DNA of 64,000 nucleotides from Escherichia coli. Lineage in GTDB: Bacteria; Pseudomonadota; Gammaproteobacteria; Enterobacterales; Enterobacteriaceae. A program made the translations under genes and the position numbers. The notes under the pieces were generated by a model, which was not told the DNA's origin, ran no database searches, and worked only from the letters and a program-made list of their open reading frames with translations. Positions 1 to 10,700 of the stretch are shown piece by piece; the first letter of the stretch is position 1; the number at the start of each line of letters is the position of its first letter. The stretch is from the NCBI RefSeq assembly GCF_046105845.1, contig NZ_CP151004.1; one strand, written 5' to 3'.

Positions 1-22
1 TTTCCCCCAAAAGATGAAACAT

Positions 23-326
23 TTGGGGCCATTTTGACTCATAGAGGAAAGCATCGCGCACAAACTTTTTCAGTTTATTTGTTGGCTTAATATTCTATTG
101 TTATCTTTATTTATATTGCATGAGGTGGTTTTTGGAGAGAAGAATGAGGAAGATGCGTCGAGCCACAGAAACGTTAGCTTTACATATAGCGGAGGTGATG
201 TGAAATTAATTTGCAAGAGAAATAATTTACATATCAAACAGTTAGATGCTTTTTGTCGTTTTTTAATATTTTTATGCTTGAGAAAAAATACGTAACTTAT
301 TTATGATATGGACAGTTTGGCCCCAA
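23..326. promoter_or_regulatory. fimS: fim switch (fimS) invertible element bounded by 9-bp inverted repeats; contains a sigma70-like promoter
   Basis: TTGGGGCCA at 23-31 and its reverse complement TGGCCCCAA at 318-326, directly beside fimE; TTGAGA (278-283) - 18 bp - TATGAT (302-307) on the + strand inside the element. Confidence 0.6.
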
Positions 327-373
327 TTGTCTTGTGTTTATTTGTTTTTTAACTTTATTATCAATAAGTTAAA

Positions 374-970
374 TCAAACCTCTTCTCTTTTTAATTTTTC
401 GTTTATGAGATTATTTCTTTCCCATAATCCGGCAAAACGAGCAGCATTACTGGCGGTATAACGCACAGTATGGCGAATATTTCGATGCCCGAGATAATCC
501 TGAATTAAACGGGTATCTGCACCACGCTCCGCCAGTTCATAACCGCAAGCATGCCTTAACATATGAGGATGAGTCTGCGTTACGGTTCCAGCTTCAATAC
601 CGGCATCGCGAATAATGCGATAGGCCTGCTGGCGAGAAAGCCGACTCCCGCGGCGAGAAATAAATATAGCGTCGGTCCGGTCAGCGCCTTTCCAGTTAGC
701 ACGTTCCTGGGTCCAGCGTTCCACGGCTTCACGCTCATCAAAACGTAACGGGTGAACGGTAGAAAATCCGTTCTTCAGTCGGCGAATATTTATTCGACCT
801 TCATTAAGGTCAAGATCCTGATAATGCAGATCAAGCAGTTCACTAATACGCATCCCATGCCGATATGCCAACAGAATAAGACAATAATCTCTGGCTCCCG
901 TTGCCCCGTAACAAACCGCCTGCATCATGGCCTGAACTTCTTTACCGGTAAGATAACGACGTTTACTCAC
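374..970 (-). CDS. fimE: type 1 fimbriae tyrosine recombinase FimE (198 aa)
   Basis: Full-length ORF; translation recognised as FimE with the tyrosine-recombinase C-terminal HxxR...Y region (HPHMLRHACGYELAERG...LGHRNIRHTVRYT). Confidence 0.93.
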   Translation of the reverse strand: MSKRRYLTGKEVQAMMQAVCYGATGARDYCLILLAYRHGMRISELLDLHYQDLDLNEGRINIRRLKNGFSTVHPLRFDEREAVERWTQERANWKGADRTDAIFISRRGSRLSRQQAYRIIRDAGIEAGTVTQTHPHMLRHACGYELAERGADTRLIQDYLGHRNIRHTVRYTASNAARFAGLWERNNLINEKLKREEV

Positions 971-1447
971 AATAGTAGTACTCCTAACTGAGATATATTT
1001 GAATGAATACCTATAGGAAACCTCAATCGGTCAAAATTAGCCCAATAGATAAAAAGATAACCACACACGAAGTGATGTGGCTATCAGTCAATTACATTAA
1101 ATATCATACAAAAATAAAATATCACCGATGTGACAACATCTATTTTCATTGATTTGATTCAATATAACAATAGATTGCAGAAGATTAACTTCCAGTTGCT
1201 TAAAAAATAAAGAAAAAAGTGTGGAAACAGGAGAATTTAAGTGATGTGTAAATTTATGAATGATTTTGTTTATTTATTTTGAAGAACATAAACCATTGGA
1301 TTTTGTATGGGTATGGTTAACTTAATGTTTATTATGATAATTAAGAATCACACTTACAATAACATCAATTAATAAATGGTTAATCATTTTTGATATATCG
1401 TAAGAATAATGTGTTTTTTAACACCATCCCTGGTATCCCATCCATCT

Positions 1448-2050
1448 CTATAAAACAGCGTGACGCTGTCTCCCTCTGGCTCTATCCCAGATGCCGTAAA
1501 AACGCCCTGCATTACTGGCGGTATACCAGACAGTATGACGAATATTGCGATGCCCAAGATAATCCTGGATAAGTCGCGTATCTATTCCCATATTCGCCAA
1601 AGCAAAACCACACGAATGGCGTAACATGTGCGGATGAATCTCCAGTGACAACCCGGCATTACCACCGGAAGTCGAGATAATATGGTAAAACTGTTGCCGA
1701 GAAAGCGGATTCCCCTTACGTGATAAAAATACCCACTCGCTCTCAGCATGCGGGTACGAAGTACGGATACTCAACCAGTTTTTTAAAGCCTGAACTTCTT
1801 TGTTCAATAGCGGGTGCGTTGTTGAAAAGCCTTTTTTTAATCGATGGATATATATACACTTTGCCTTAAGATCAATATCCGAAATCCTCAATCGACAAAT
1901 TTCACTCGCCCGGAAACCATGAATAAAAAAAAGCAAAGTCAGACAATAATTACGTGCTGCATGAGGCCCGGTATTTGCTGCTTTAAGGAGTGATTCGATT
2001 TCACTATGGGTCAGGAAGTTCCTTTTTTTGTTATCAGCCTTATTCTTCAT
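1448..2050 (-). CDS. fimB: type 1 fimbriae tyrosine recombinase FimB (200 aa; start taken at the internal Met MKNKADNKK)
   Basis: ORF paralogous to FimE (HPHMLRHSCGF...LGHRNIRHTVWYT); the 10-codon N-terminal extension in the ORF track is rejected. Confidence 0.92.
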   Translation of the reverse strand: MKNKADNKKRNFLTHSEIESLLKAANTGPHAARNYCLTLLFFIHGFRASEICRLRISDIDLKAKCIYIHRLKKGFSTTHPLLNKEVQALKNWLSIRTSYPHAESEWVFLSRKGNPLSRQQFYHIISTSGGNAGLSLEIHPHMLRHSCGFALANMGIDTRLIQDYLGHRNIRHTVWYTASNAGRFYGIWDRARGRQRHAVL

Positions 2051-3064
2051 CGTTTTTCCCTTATAATTACAGACGTGCACTAGCTGTGCTGGGTTAGCAA
2101 TAATCCAACATTTTTATCCTGATTATGTTTATAAAAGCGAACGTTTGCTTAATAACTAACGTAAGTGGACCAGTTCTTCTGAGTGAACTTAAATAGAGTA
2201 GCAACAGTTAATTATAATAACGTTGCCATACAAACGCTATGCTCTTGCATGCTATGTACCTTTATATATTTATCAATCTGATACGAATCTAATAATAACC
2301 CTCATCATTAATGCAACTAATCTTATCTATATATCATGTGATATGTTCTGTAACAAGTAAAATCAACATAAAAAATTCAGCAAAATTTAATATTCGTTCA
2401 ACTAGCCGTCTCACATATGACATTATTAGTCAACTGCATTTGCCACAAAATGGCTATTTCATGGAACGCAGTAATTTCTTAGTGGCTATTATCAAGCTAA
2501 TGCTTAGGTCCCTAGCTATTATTCCTACCTGGTTCGTCAGCTTAGGCCATGAGATTGTTACATTCCTTTTTATCCTGGAGATATGGGGGAACGCAGGCGA
2601 CGCTTTTTCATCTACATCCGTTGGTAAATATGGCTTTGGTCACTACGACTTAAACCTTCCTCAATCACAGCTATTCGCCGGGCGATACGGCAAACAAACT
2701 AAGTGAAACATCATCCTGAAAACACCAACATCAACAAGCCTCTCCAGATCGACTTCAGAAGCGACCAGTTACAAACCACAAATCAGGAAACATATTTCAT
2801 GGTGAGAATTATGCTCAACCTGATGGCGGGTAAACACTTGTTTTCACCACGCTCACTGAGTTAGCTTGCAAAGCTTCCCTTGTTTAGACCCTAAATAAAT
2901 TTTTTATAAAACAAACAGTTAAAAGAAAACCTTTAGTTTTTGAAGACCACCTCAAGTGTTCGTCTGGCTTCACATGGCATCTGCCTCTTAGAAAAAGATC
3001 GACATATTTTGTGACACGAATTGCAAATCTGGTTTTGTTGTATGGATTGCGTGATTTTTGATCT

Positions 3065-3086
3065 GGTATAACAGGTATAAAGGTGC
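3065..3086. promoter_or_regulatory. NanR operator-like GGTATA repeat in the fimB-nanC intergenic region
   Basis: GGTATAACAGGTATAAAGGTGCA, about 430 bp upstream of nanC; matches the GGTATA-repeat operator type known for NanR. Confidence 0.5.
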
Positions 3087-3502
3087 ACCACAATAGTCAA
3101 TGAGACAGGGCATCTCGCAATCTATGGCAAACATCACTTCAGTTCTTTCTCATCGGGTGATGAAAACGCACTTCTGTCTGAAAGGAATATGAAAATGAGA
3201 TCAACAGACACTCTATTTTATGACTCTGGGTAAAATGGATTGAGTAAGTGATATAGCTTACGAACATTCAAATCAATTAAACATCAGAAGAGATTTTATA
3301 CTCAGGTATTTAATCTGGTTCTCTGTTTATTTAAATAATGTGGAAAGAGAATTTTCACAGGAGACCTTATACAAAAAATATAAAATAAGCTACCCGTTGC
3401 CAAAGACACTATAAGCCTGGCAAAAAATATTACACAACATAAATGCTAATTGTTTATGCGGGCTTTGTATTGCTTTCTGTATCCTACAAATGAGTGAAAT
3501 AT

Positions 3503-4219
3503 ATGAAAAAGGCTAAAATACTTTCTGGCGTATTATTACTGTGCTTTTCGTTACCACTAATTTCTCAAGCTGCGACACTGGACGTACGTGGTGGATATCG
3601 TAGTGGAAGCCACGCCTATGAGACTCGACTCAAAGTCAGTGAGGGATGGCAAAATGGATGGTGGGCAAGTATGGAAAGTAATACCTGGAATACCATTCAT
3701 GATAATAAAAAGGAAAATGCCGCACTCAATGATGTTCAGGTTGAAGTTAATTACGCGATTAAACTTGATGATCAATGGACGGTGCGCCCGGGAATGTTAA
3801 CGCATTTTAGCAGCAACGGCACACGCTACGGACCCTACGTAAAACTGTCCTGGGACGCGACAAAAGATCTTAATTTTGGCATTCGCTATCGTTACGACTG
3901 GAAAGCTTACCGACAACAAGACTTATCCGGTGATATGTCTCGTGATAACGTTCATCGTTGGGATGGATATGTCACTTACCATATTAATAGTGATTTCACC
4001 TTCGCATGGCAAACGACGCTATACAGCAAACAGAACGATTATCGCTATGCAAACCACAAGAAATGGGCGACGGAAAATGCATTTGTTCTACAATACCATA
4101 TGACGCCCGATATTACGCCATACATAGAATATGACTACCTGGACCGTCAGGGTGTTTACAACGGCAGAGATAATTTATCGGAAAACAGTTATCGCATTGG
4201 TGTGTCATTTAAACTGTAG
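3503..4219 (+). CDS. nanC: N-acetylneuraminic acid outer-membrane channel NanC (KdgM-family porin, 238 aa)
   Basis: Signal peptide followed by beta-barrel-like sequence; conserved position upstream of nanM and nanS. Confidence 0.9.
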   Translation: MKKAKILSGVLLLCFSLPLISQAATLDVRGGYRSGSHAYETRLKVSEGWQNGWWASMESNTWNTIHDNKKENAALNDVQVEVNYAIKLDDQWTVRPGMLTHFSSNGTRYGPYVKLSWDATKDLNFGIRYRYDWKAYRQQDLSGDMSRDNVHRWDGYVTYHINSDFTFAWQTTLYSKQNDYRYANHKKWATENAFVLQYHMTPDITPYIEYDYLDRQGVYNGRDNLSENSYRIGVSFKL

Positions 4220-4238
4220 TAGACAGGAGACAGTCACA

Positions 4239-5345
4239 ATGAATAAAACAATAACGGCGCTTGCGATCATGATGGCTTCATTTGCCGCAAACGCGTCTGT
4301 ATTACCGGAAACTCCTGTGCCATTTAAAAGTGGTACCGGAGCAATTGATAACGACACTGTCTACATTGGTTTAGGTAGCGCAGGTACGGCATGGTACAAG
4401 CTGGATACACAGGCCAAAGATAAAAAATGGACAGCGTTAGCTGCATTCCCTGGCGGACCAAGAGATCAAGCAACCTCGGCATTTATTGATGGCAATCTGT
4501 ATGTGTTTGGCGGCATTGGCAAAAACAGCGAGGGCTTGACTCAGGTATTTAATGACGTACACAAATACAACCCCAAAACCAATAGCTGGGTTAAATTGAT
4601 GTCGCACGCGCCGATGGGCATGGCGGGCCATGTGACTTTTGTACACAACGGCAAGGCTTATGTTACTGGCGGTGTTAACCAGAATATCTTCAATGGCTAT
4701 TTTGAAGATCTCAACGAGGCTGGAAAAGATTCAACCGCTATAGATAAAATCAACGCCCACTATTTTGACAAAAAAGCAGAAGATTATTTCTTCAATAAGT
4801 TTCTGTTGTCTTTTGATCCCTCAACACAGCAATGGAGTTACGCTGGCGAATCTCCCTGGTACGGAACGGCTGGTGCGGCGGTTGTGAATAAAGGTGATAA
4901 AACCTGGCTTATTAATGGCGAAGCCAAACCAGGATTGCGAACGGATGCCGTATTTGAACTTGACTTCACCGGTAATAATTTAAAATGGAATAAGCTTGCT
5001 CCCGTCGCATCACCAGATGGCGTCGCTGGCGGTTTTGCGGGGATAAGCAATGATTCTCTTATATTTGCCGGAGGGGCCGGATTCAAAGGTTCACGAGAAA
5101 ATTACCAGAACGGTAAGAACTATGCGCATGAAGGCCTGAAAAAATCATATAGCACTGATATTCATCTTTGGCATAACGGGAAATGGGATAAATCGGGTGA
5201 ATTATCGCAAGGTCGGGCCTACGGAGTATCATTGCCCTGGAATAATAGTTTATTAATTATTGGCGGTGAAACTGCAGGTGGCAAAGCGGTGACGGATTCA
5301 GTTTTGATCTCTGTGAAGGATAATAAAGTCACAGTACAAAACTAA
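4239..5345 (+). CDS. nanM: N-acetylneuraminate mutarotase NanM (Kelch-repeat protein, 368 aa)
   Basis: Start at MNKTITALA with signal peptide and GGAGA-type RBS; repeated G-rich Kelch-like blades. Confidence 0.9.
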   Translation: MNKTITALAIMMASFAANASVLPETPVPFKSGTGAIDNDTVYIGLGSAGTAWYKLDTQAKDKKWTALAAFPGGPRDQATSAFIDGNLYVFGGIGKNSEGLTQVFNDVHKYNPKTNSWVKLMSHAPMGMAGHVTFVHNGKAYVTGGVNQNIFNGYFEDLNEAGKDSTAIDKINAHYFDKKAEDYFFNKFLLSFDPSTQQWSYAGESPWYGTAGAAVVNKGDKTWLINGEAKPGLRTDAVFELDFTGNNLKWNKLAPVASPDGVAGGFAGISNDSLIFAGGAGFKGSRENYQNGKNYAHEGLKKSYSTDIHLWHNGKWDKSGELSQGRAYGVSLPWNNSLLIIGGETAGGKAVTDSVLISVKDNKVTVQN

Positions 5346-5409
5346 TGCTTCAGGGCCCCAGTAAAGGGGCCCTGCTATCAATTTGTCATTTGTATTACGC
5401 GAAAATTAT

Positions 5410-6390
5410 ATGAACGCAATAATATCGCCCGATTATTACTATGTTCTTACCGTTGCTGGTCAGTCTAATGCCATGGCGTATGGCGAAGGACTGCCATTAC
5501 CGGACAGGGAAGATGCGCCTCATTCCAGAATTAAACAATTAGCGAGATTTGCGCATACGCATCCCGGAGGCCCGTCATGTCACTTTAACGACATTATTCC
5601 ACTGACTCACTGCCCACACGATGTTCAGGATATGCAGGGTTATCACCATCCTCTGGCAACGAATCATCAAACACAGTACGGCACCGTTGGCCAGGCACTG
5701 CATATTGCACGGAAATTACTGCCCTTTATTCCTGATAACGCAGGGGTTCTCATCGTTCCGTGTTGCCGTGGCGGATCGGCTTTTACCGCGGGCAGCGAAG
5801 GGACATATTCAGAACGGCACGGAGCCAGCCATGATGCTTGTCGTTGGGGAACGGATACTCCGCTATACCAGGATTTAGTCAGCAGAACGCGAGCCGCACT
5901 GGCAAAAAATCCGCAGAACAAATTCCTCGGCGTATGCTGGATGCAAGGCGAATTTGACTTAATGACCAGTGACTACGCGTCACACCCTCAACACTTTAAT
6001 CATATGGTTGAAGCCTTTCGTAGGGAGCTAAAACAATACCATTCTCAGCTTAATAATATTACTGACGCACCGTGGTTTTGCGGCGATACCACCTGGTACT
6101 GGAAAGAAAATTTCCCTCATGCGTATGAAGCTATTTATGGCAATTATCAAAATAATGTTTTAGCCAATATTATTTTCGTCGACTTCCAGCAACAAGGTGC
6201 AAGAGGACTGACGAACGCGCCTGATGAAGATCCAGACGATTTAAGCACGGGATATTACGGTTCAGCGTACCGGTCACCGGAGAACTGGACGACGGTACTG
6301 CGAAGCAGTCATTTCAGCGCGGCAGCCCGTCGGGGGATTATTTCTGACAGGTTTGTAGAAGCAATTTTGCAGTTTTGGCGCGAAAGGTGA
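5410..6390 (+). CDS. nanS: 9-O-acetyl-N-acetylneuraminate esterase NanS (326 aa)
   Basis: Start at MNAIISPDYYYVLTVAGQSNA with GQSN esterase motif; synteny with nanC and nanM. Confidence 0.88.
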   Translation: MNAIISPDYYYVLTVAGQSNAMAYGEGLPLPDREDAPHSRIKQLARFAHTHPGGPSCHFNDIIPLTHCPHDVQDMQGYHHPLATNHQTQYGTVGQALHIARKLLPFIPDNAGVLIVPCCRGGSAFTAGSEGTYSERHGASHDACRWGTDTPLYQDLVSRTRAALAKNPQNKFLGVCWMQGEFDLMTSDYASHPQHFNHMVEAFRRELKQYHSQLNNITDAPWFCGDTTWYWKENFPHAYEAIYGNYQNNVLANIIFVDFQQQGARGLTNAPDEDPDDLSTGYYGSAYRSPENWTTVLRSSHFSAAARRGIISDRFVEAILQFWRER

Positions 6391-6601
6391 GCGTTCATTA
6401 ATTTGATTTATTTGCATCCATTAGCGCTTTTAACTGCTCCGGCGTAAACGGTGGTTTGCGTCGGTGCAGCATCGCATGGCAATTAGGGCACACAGGAAGT
6501 AAAAAAACAAATGAGATCAAGGTAATATATCTTCACTTGCAGGCTTGAACAGCAGAAAATTTGCGAGCATGATCGCAATTATTTCACTGCCAGGGATATC
6601 A

Positions 6602-7474
6602 ATGGCTTCCAGTAAATCGCTACAGCAGGCAATTGCCAACATAAAAATCTGGCACAAGGGTGAACAGCGCGCGCCGCATAAGCCATTGTTATTGCTATAC
6701 GTATTAGCGGGATACCTGCATGGACATCCGCGCCTTTTCGATTATGGCTCGGAAATCTACGAACCTCTGCACAGTTTACTGGAACGTTTTGGGCCACAGC
6801 GTTCACAGTACCGACCTGATATGCCGTTCTGGCGATTACAAGGCGACGGATTCTGGCAATTACACAATGCCGAGCTTTGCTCAACAGCAGGGAGCAGCCG
6901 ACAACCGCCAGTGAAGGAACTGAACGAATACCACGTTGCAGGCGGTTTCGATGAACAGCACTACGCCCTGGTAACCGGCAATAAAAAACTCATCAATACT
7001 CTGGCGCAACAGATACTCGAAGCGCACTTCACCGAGAGTATTCAGGAAGAAATTGCTGACGAGCTGGGTTTTGATCTCCAGCAAATCCGTAAACAGCGCG
7101 ACCCGTTATTTCGCAAAAATGTATTACGCGCTTATAACTACCAGTGCGCGATATGTGGCTTTAATATGCGCCACGACGACACCACCGTCGCGCTTGAAGC
7201 GGCGCATATAAAATGGAAACAGCACGGCGGTCCTTGTGAAATTCCTAATGGCCTGGCGCTTTGCGCAATTCACCATAAAGCCTTTGATAAAGGATCGATT
7301 GGCCTGGATGAAAATATGCGGGTACTGGTCTCGGATGCGGTAAACGGCGGAGGGATCGTTGAGAAACTATTCTGGGATTTTGACGGGAAAACTATTGCGT
7401 TACCACAGGTGCGTAAAAATTACCCTTTTGAGGGGTTTGTAGAGTGGCATCGGAAAGAGGTTTTTAGGGGGTGA
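6602..7474 (+). CDS. HNH-endonuclease-domain protein with an uncharacterised N-terminal domain (about 290 aa)
   Basis: C-terminal CxxC...HIKW...NGLALCAIHH HNH-like motif; start chosen at ATG 6602 with an AGGGA RBS (the ORF track begins at TTG 6545). Confidence 0.65.
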   Translation: MASSKSLQQAIANIKIWHKGEQRAPHKPLLLLYVLAGYLHGHPRLFDYGSEIYEPLHSLLERFGPQRSQYRPDMPFWRLQGDGFWQLHNAELCSTAGSSRQPPVKELNEYHVAGGFDEQHYALVTGNKKLINTLAQQILEAHFTESIQEEIADELGFDLQQIRKQRDPLFRKNVLRAYNYQCAICGFNMRHDDTTVALEAAHIKWKQHGGPCEIPNGLALCAIHHKAFDKGSIGLDENMRVLVSDAVNGGGIVEKLFWDFDGKTIALPQVRKNYPFEGFVEWHRKEVFRG

Positions 7475-7784
7475 GGTAATACTTATTTTGCTGATTTAAC
7501 GTCTCTATCTGATTCAATTCGGCATCATGAACAGCCATGATATGCTTAATATGGGGCGAAGAAATTAGACCGTTATGATTGGTTTAGATTTCCGTTATTA
7601 CTTGCATTCGCTTTAGTTCCTAAAAGCCCCTGCCGTTAATGCCAGGCGCATTACGCAAAGGAGAATGATTAGTAAACAATAAGATTGAAAATCAGGAAGG
7701 CGACTCGCAATAAATCTGAAAGTCGCTTTCACATTGTTAAAATATATCCCTTACCACTCCTGTGTTGTGAACTGTTCATCACAC

Positions 7785-10700
7785 TTATAGCTGACGTTGA
7801 TCCAGACTGCTATATATCGCCTTTATTTCATTTTTTACGCCTTCGCCACGGTACACCAAAGACGTATCGTATCGTTGATATTTATCTTCTCGCGCAGCGC
7901 TGAACCAGTTAAAAGATCCAACGCACAACAACTCTTCATCCCTAATCACAATTTTGCTGTGAACGCGATTCACCAATTTTGTAGCAATGCCCATATTATT
8001 GAGCTTTTCGACTGCATCATTTAGAAGATGCAGTTTCTCCTGGCGCTTATCATCATCGATATGCGCAATATTGCAGTTTTTATCCGTTACCACGGTAATA
8101 TCAATACCTCGGGAGCGGGCCAGAGCCATTGACGTCAGAAACCCCGTTTGCTCCACTTTTTGCCAGGATAACCAGGGGGAAATAATCGTGATCTTCTGTT
8201 GAGCTGCGGCCAGAGCATTATTCAAGAATTCATCATGCTGCTCCACACCATGCAACGTTGAAATATGTGTCTGTGCGGAAATTAAATCCTGTCGTTTCTG
8301 AAACTCAAATTGCAACGCATTATTATCTGAAGCAAACAGAAATTTTGCCAATAACCCTCGTGGCGAAGATGCGGGCTGCATCTCAATAAGGTCCATATCG
8401 CCAAAGACCAGAAAACTATCCTTAGCGCGTGAGACAGCAACATTGAGGATACTGCTGTTGCTATCAAGAAACCTGCCATCTTCATGTTTTGAGTAGACTG
8501 GGGAAAAGAGAACAATCGCCCTTTCCGCACCCTGCAAGGAGTGCACAGTCCCCACTGTCAGTGAGCCCTCTTCGTCTTTGTCATTAATCTCCAGCTTACG
8601 CAATGACGTTTTGATGGCATTAACCTGCGCCGAAAATGGCGTCACAACACCAACAACTTTGTACAGAGGTTCCCCGTAATGGCGCTCTATATCATCCTTA
8701 TGTGTCGCCAGCCATGCTGCTATTGTTTCAGCTTCAAGAGGGTTATAACGGCTCCCCCCATTTGGCTTCATGCCTCGGCCATCAATATGCAGATATCCCA
8801 TTGCGGGAAAAATCGTCCCTTTTTCCATCCCTCTTTTAGGCTGCAACTTACCGTTATAGCAAAGTGAGTTACAGTAGCCGATGATGTTATTGAAACAGCG
8901 ACGATGCTCATACAGATACATTCCGCGCTCGAACTTGGGATCATACTGGTAGCGGGAGTTGAACTGGGCAACCTGCATTACGCTGCCAGATGCTGCACTT
9001 TTTCCAGACCTACACACATGGGAATATGTATTTATTAACTCTTCCTGAGTGCCACCAGAAAGAATATTCTCCTCAAGCATATTGCCCATATCAGTAACGG
9101 GTAGACAATTCCAGATTGGAGCTATTTGCTCCGTATCGCCAATCACCAGTGCTTTCTTCGCCAATGCAAAAGAGGCCGCAGCAACCTCCGGGAGTACCTG
9201 CCCTGCTTCATCGACAATCAGTAAATCGGCAAAGTTATATAAATAATTATTATCCGATGTTCTGTCCCCACCAAAAGATTTTCTCCTGTTCATATGGTAA
9301 GGCAACATGTAGCAGGTCATTACCACACAAGGAGTAAGTTTCATTCTTCTTAGCCAACGAGCCTCGGCGATAGTTGTCCCGGTAATTCCTTTTTCTTTTT
9401 GCAGGTTATCAATTGCCGCCATATCCATCAGCCAGCGACCTTCCCAATAATGAGTCGCTAACAAGAACGCTGGAAAACGAATCTGAGTATCGGCAAGCTC
9501 GTCCGCTCCGGCGAGGTTCAGCTCATCGTCTCCCCTGTAGCCCAGAGCATAAGTCAACCCGCGCCATTGTTTTGCTGCTTCCATTTCGCTTCGGGCTATG
9601 TCCTGCGCAAAGTTGATATTCTGTTGGCACGCCGCCTGCTCTTGTTGCGCTTTAGCGATCAAACTATCGATAAATTTATCAATATCTTCGGAACAATTTC
9701 CCTGGAACGCTGTCATTCTTGCGCCGAACGTAGAGTCCAGGAAGAGGTTAATCTGGTAATGGCGTTTAGCACGAACAGCAGGGAGCCATGACAAAAATGC
9801 ATACATAAGCGACTCATCGGCACGGTATTGCTGCCACTGCTTTTTACCTCTGGCTAAAAGTGAAATTTCGTTGCCAATATTGAGAAGAAGTGTGTTTTTG
9901 TCCTGAAGATACTGGTCGAGATTCTCACTGATGACTCGCTGTTCATGGCGGATATCATTGAGTCTGCGCCATGCAGGTTCGATTTGCTGAAGTTGCATAA
10001 CCTGTGAAGTTAAACGTTCATGCAAAAGCGTCACTACATGCTCTGGCGAATTGCACTCTCCAGCTCCAAACGCCGCCTCCGCTTTTTCAAGGTAAAAGGC
10101 CCGGGCTTTTTCCAGATATTCCAGGGATTCAACGCGGTTAAAAAAATCTTCAGTCTGGTATTTCTTCGCTGCCTCAACCTGACGGCTTTTAGACGGAAAA
10201 TAAGCGCCATAGCTTATTACTTCCGGCAACCAACGCCCAGACATTACGCCAAAACCAGTAGAGAAATCTTTTCCAAAGGCTTCAATAATATTGGTGACGG
10301 CCTGATTGTTAGTCGATGTGGCAATAATTACAGGAGGTTCAGTTTGATTAAGTGCGGCTCTTGTCCATTCGGTGGCAATAATAGAAAGCACCAGCGTAGT
10401 TTTACCCGTTCCCGGAGGACCGTTGACAGCGAGCATATCACCCTGCTGTTGAGTCAGATAATGGCTCAGGGCATCGCGCTGCGCCACTGCCAGCGGAAAC
10501 TTATCGCCGGAATGCCCCAGACGTTCGCAGAACATCGCATTCTTAGCGAGAAGTGGCTCCACTGGAGCCATTTCGTTTGAGGCAAAACGCGTTAATAGCG
10601 GAACCTTAACCTGGCTCATCAGAAGATGGTCATACATAGGCAGGATATGAACGCTGGCCCCTACATGCTGGCTAGCTTTAACAATATAACCGTATCCAGC

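Noticed and set aside
98-295. 65-aa ORF inside the fim switch
   Set aside because: Lies within the invertible regulatory element, AT-rich, no RBS; known non-coding region.
2311-2706. 131-aa ORF in the fimB-nanC intergenic region
   Set aside because: AT-rich, low-complexity translation with no RBS, in a region known to be a long regulatory intergenic spacer.
4131-4238. N-terminal extension of the nanM ORF in the ORF track (starts at 4131, overlapping the nanC 3' end)
   Set aside because: The signal-peptide start MNKTITALA at 4239 with a GGAGA RBS is far more plausible; the extension overlaps nanC.
10020-10580. 186-aa plus-strand ORF
   Set aside because: Antisense to the Walker A region of the helicase-PLD gene; no motif support.
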